64,000 bases of DNA. Origin: Squalus acanthias. Its lineage: Eukaryota. The stretch lies in NCBI GenBank assembly GCA_030390025.1, contig CM059430.1, positions 62,744,001-62,808,000 of the forward strand, given 5' to 3'. The notes under the pieces are model-generated. The model made no database searches. It was not told the origin of the DNA and was given only the letters and a program-made list of their open reading frames with translations. Below, one piece after another: positions 62,138 to 64,000 of the stretch (positions within the stretch are counted from its first letter, which is position 1; every line of letters starts with the position of its first letter). A program made the position numbers and the translations under genes.

Positions 62138-63290
62138 ATTAGCATGCAAAGTTAAAGCACATGGGATTGGGGGTAAGGTACTGATTTGGATAGAGAACTG
62201 GTTGGCAGACAGGAAGCAAAGAGTTGGAATAAACAGGGTCTTTTTTTGAGTGGCAGGCAGTGACTAGTGGGGTACCGCAGGGATCGGTGCTAGGACCCCA
62301 GCTATTCACAATATATATTAATGATCTAGACGAGGGAACTAGATGTAATATCACTAAGTTTGCAGACGACACAAAGCTGGGTGGGCGTGTGTGCTGTGAG
62401 GAGGATGCAGAGAAACTCCAGTATGATTTGGACAGGTTGGGTGATTGGGCAGATGCATGGCAGATGCAGTATAATGTGGATAAATGCAAGGTTATCCACT
62501 TTGGTGGCAAAAACAGGAAGACAGATTATTATCTGAACGGCAATAGATTGGGAAAAGGGGAAGTGCAACGAGATCTGGGAGTCCTTGTGCACCAGTCACT
62601 GAAGGTAAGCATGCAGGTGCAGCAGGCGGTTAAGAAGGCAAATGGTATGTTGGCCTTCATGGTGAGAGGATTCGAGTACAGGAGCAAGGATGTCTTGCTG
62701 CAGTTGTACAAGGCCTTGGTGAGACCACACCTTGAGTATTGGGTGCAGTTTTGGTTGCCTTATCTGAGGAAGGATGTTCTTGCCATGGAGGGTGTGCAGC
62801 GAAGATTTACCAGACTGATACCTGGGATGGCAGGAATGACGTATGAAGAGAGATTGGGTCAATTAGGCTTATATTCGCTAGAGTTTAGAAGAATGAGAGG
62901 GGATTTCATTGAAACTTATAAAATTCTAACAGGACTAGACAGACTAGATGCAGGAAGGATGTTCCCGATGGCGGGGGAGTCCAGAACCAGAGGTCACAGT
63001 CTAAGGATAAGGGGTAAGCCATTTAGGACTGAGATGAGGAGGAATTTCTTCACCCAGAGAGTGGTGAACCTGTGGAATTCTCTACCACAGAAGGCAGTTG
63101 AGGCCAATTCATTAAATATATTCAGGAAGGAGATAGATATATTTCTTAAGGCTAAAGGGATCAAGGGATATGGGGAGAAAGCAGGGACAGGGTACTGAAT
63201 TTGGATGATCAGCCATGATCTCATTAAATGGTGGAGCAGGCTAAAGGGGCCGAATGGCCTACTCCTGCTCTTATCTTCTATGCTTCTATG
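62138..63290 (+). mobile_element. CR1 LINE 3' portion with open 312-aa RT C-terminus
   Basis: ORF 62260-63198: GVPQGSVLGP, FADD. Confidence 0.92.
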
Positions 63291-64000
63291 ATACTAAACA
63301 ACCTTTAAACGACTGAATGTATCAGTTTCAAAATGTCAAACTGACAAGGAAGCAGTGAAACACCACTAACCTGACAGTTGCGACGCATTACTGAGGATGC
63401 CTTTAATTAGCGCCCCTGGAGCCGGCATCCATCTGCTTGATGCCTCCTCTCCCTGTCGCTGTTGGGGCGAGGCGCTAAGGCAGGGGGCAACAATTAATTT
63501 TGCAGATTGGGCACCCAGTGCGCATTGCAAGCTCACTGACGTCACGATCTGCCTGGCGCTGAGGTCCCTGGCATTAACTCGTAGCGGCTGCACTGTGATG
63601 GGGCCGGTTTTGGCATGCATCGCTGAAGTTGCCTCGCCCCAGTGGTCCTGCATCAGCCACCCATTAGCGCCCCCTCCAGGCGCTAACTGGAGATGCTAAC
63701 CAACTTAATTTTTCCCCCATAGAATCCATTGTGGCTCTGCTTCATTACCCAAGGGGTTAATTTGTCAATTCATAATTTCCTCTGTTATTTCAGCAATGCA
63801 AAAGTTGTTGTGTGGTGAATTAAAAAGAAAACAGCTGTCAGCAGAAAGGGTTTGCAGAATTATAAGAAGACGGAGCAAATATCATGAGACACATGGAATT
63901 CCATCACTTCACGTTCAAATGAAAATTGCCAAACTCCAGTTTAGTTTTTTTTCAAAGTCTCTGTACCTTCAAAACTTCCTTGGTAATTAAAATGCGTTAA

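Larger units (their letters stand above)
58661..63718. mobile_element. Decayed PIF/Harbinger transposon (Myb/SANT gene and convergent transposase), interrupted by a CR1
   Basis: Two-gene architecture typical of Harbinger; termini weakly conserved, so boundaries are approximate. Confidence 0.75.

Overview
Repeat-dense vertebrate DNA, most likely from a cartilaginous fish (CR1/L2 LINEs, Deu-domain SINEs, Penelope-like elements, Harbinger MITEs). One intact host gene can be assembled by hand on the minus strand (25038-15728, 6 exons, 337 aa). It encodes a non-rearranging Ig-superfamily receptor: leader, germline-joined VJ-type domain, C1 domain, TM and ITIM/ITSM tail. Its last exon is duplicated intact (12424-12597), and a pseudogenised paralogue plus a third V-exon stub lie upstream (34200-37581). 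The window also holds a full-length 11.5-kb provirus (45804-57263, minus strand) with ~97% identical 1.26-kb LTRs, a 4-bp TSD, a tRNA-Arg PBS and a PPT. Its gag and pol are separated by a single in-frame UGA, pol has two RNase H-type domains, and env resembles an F-type class I fusion protein with an apparent N-terminal Ig domain (lokiretrovirus-like, inferred). Other elements: an older dual-RNase H pol relic (587-2430), a 2.6-kb fold-back Penelope insertion with hammerhead ribozyme motifs in both arms, two solo hammerhead mini-elements, and a decayed two-gene Harbinger transposon. All family assignments come from motif recognition; no database searches were run.
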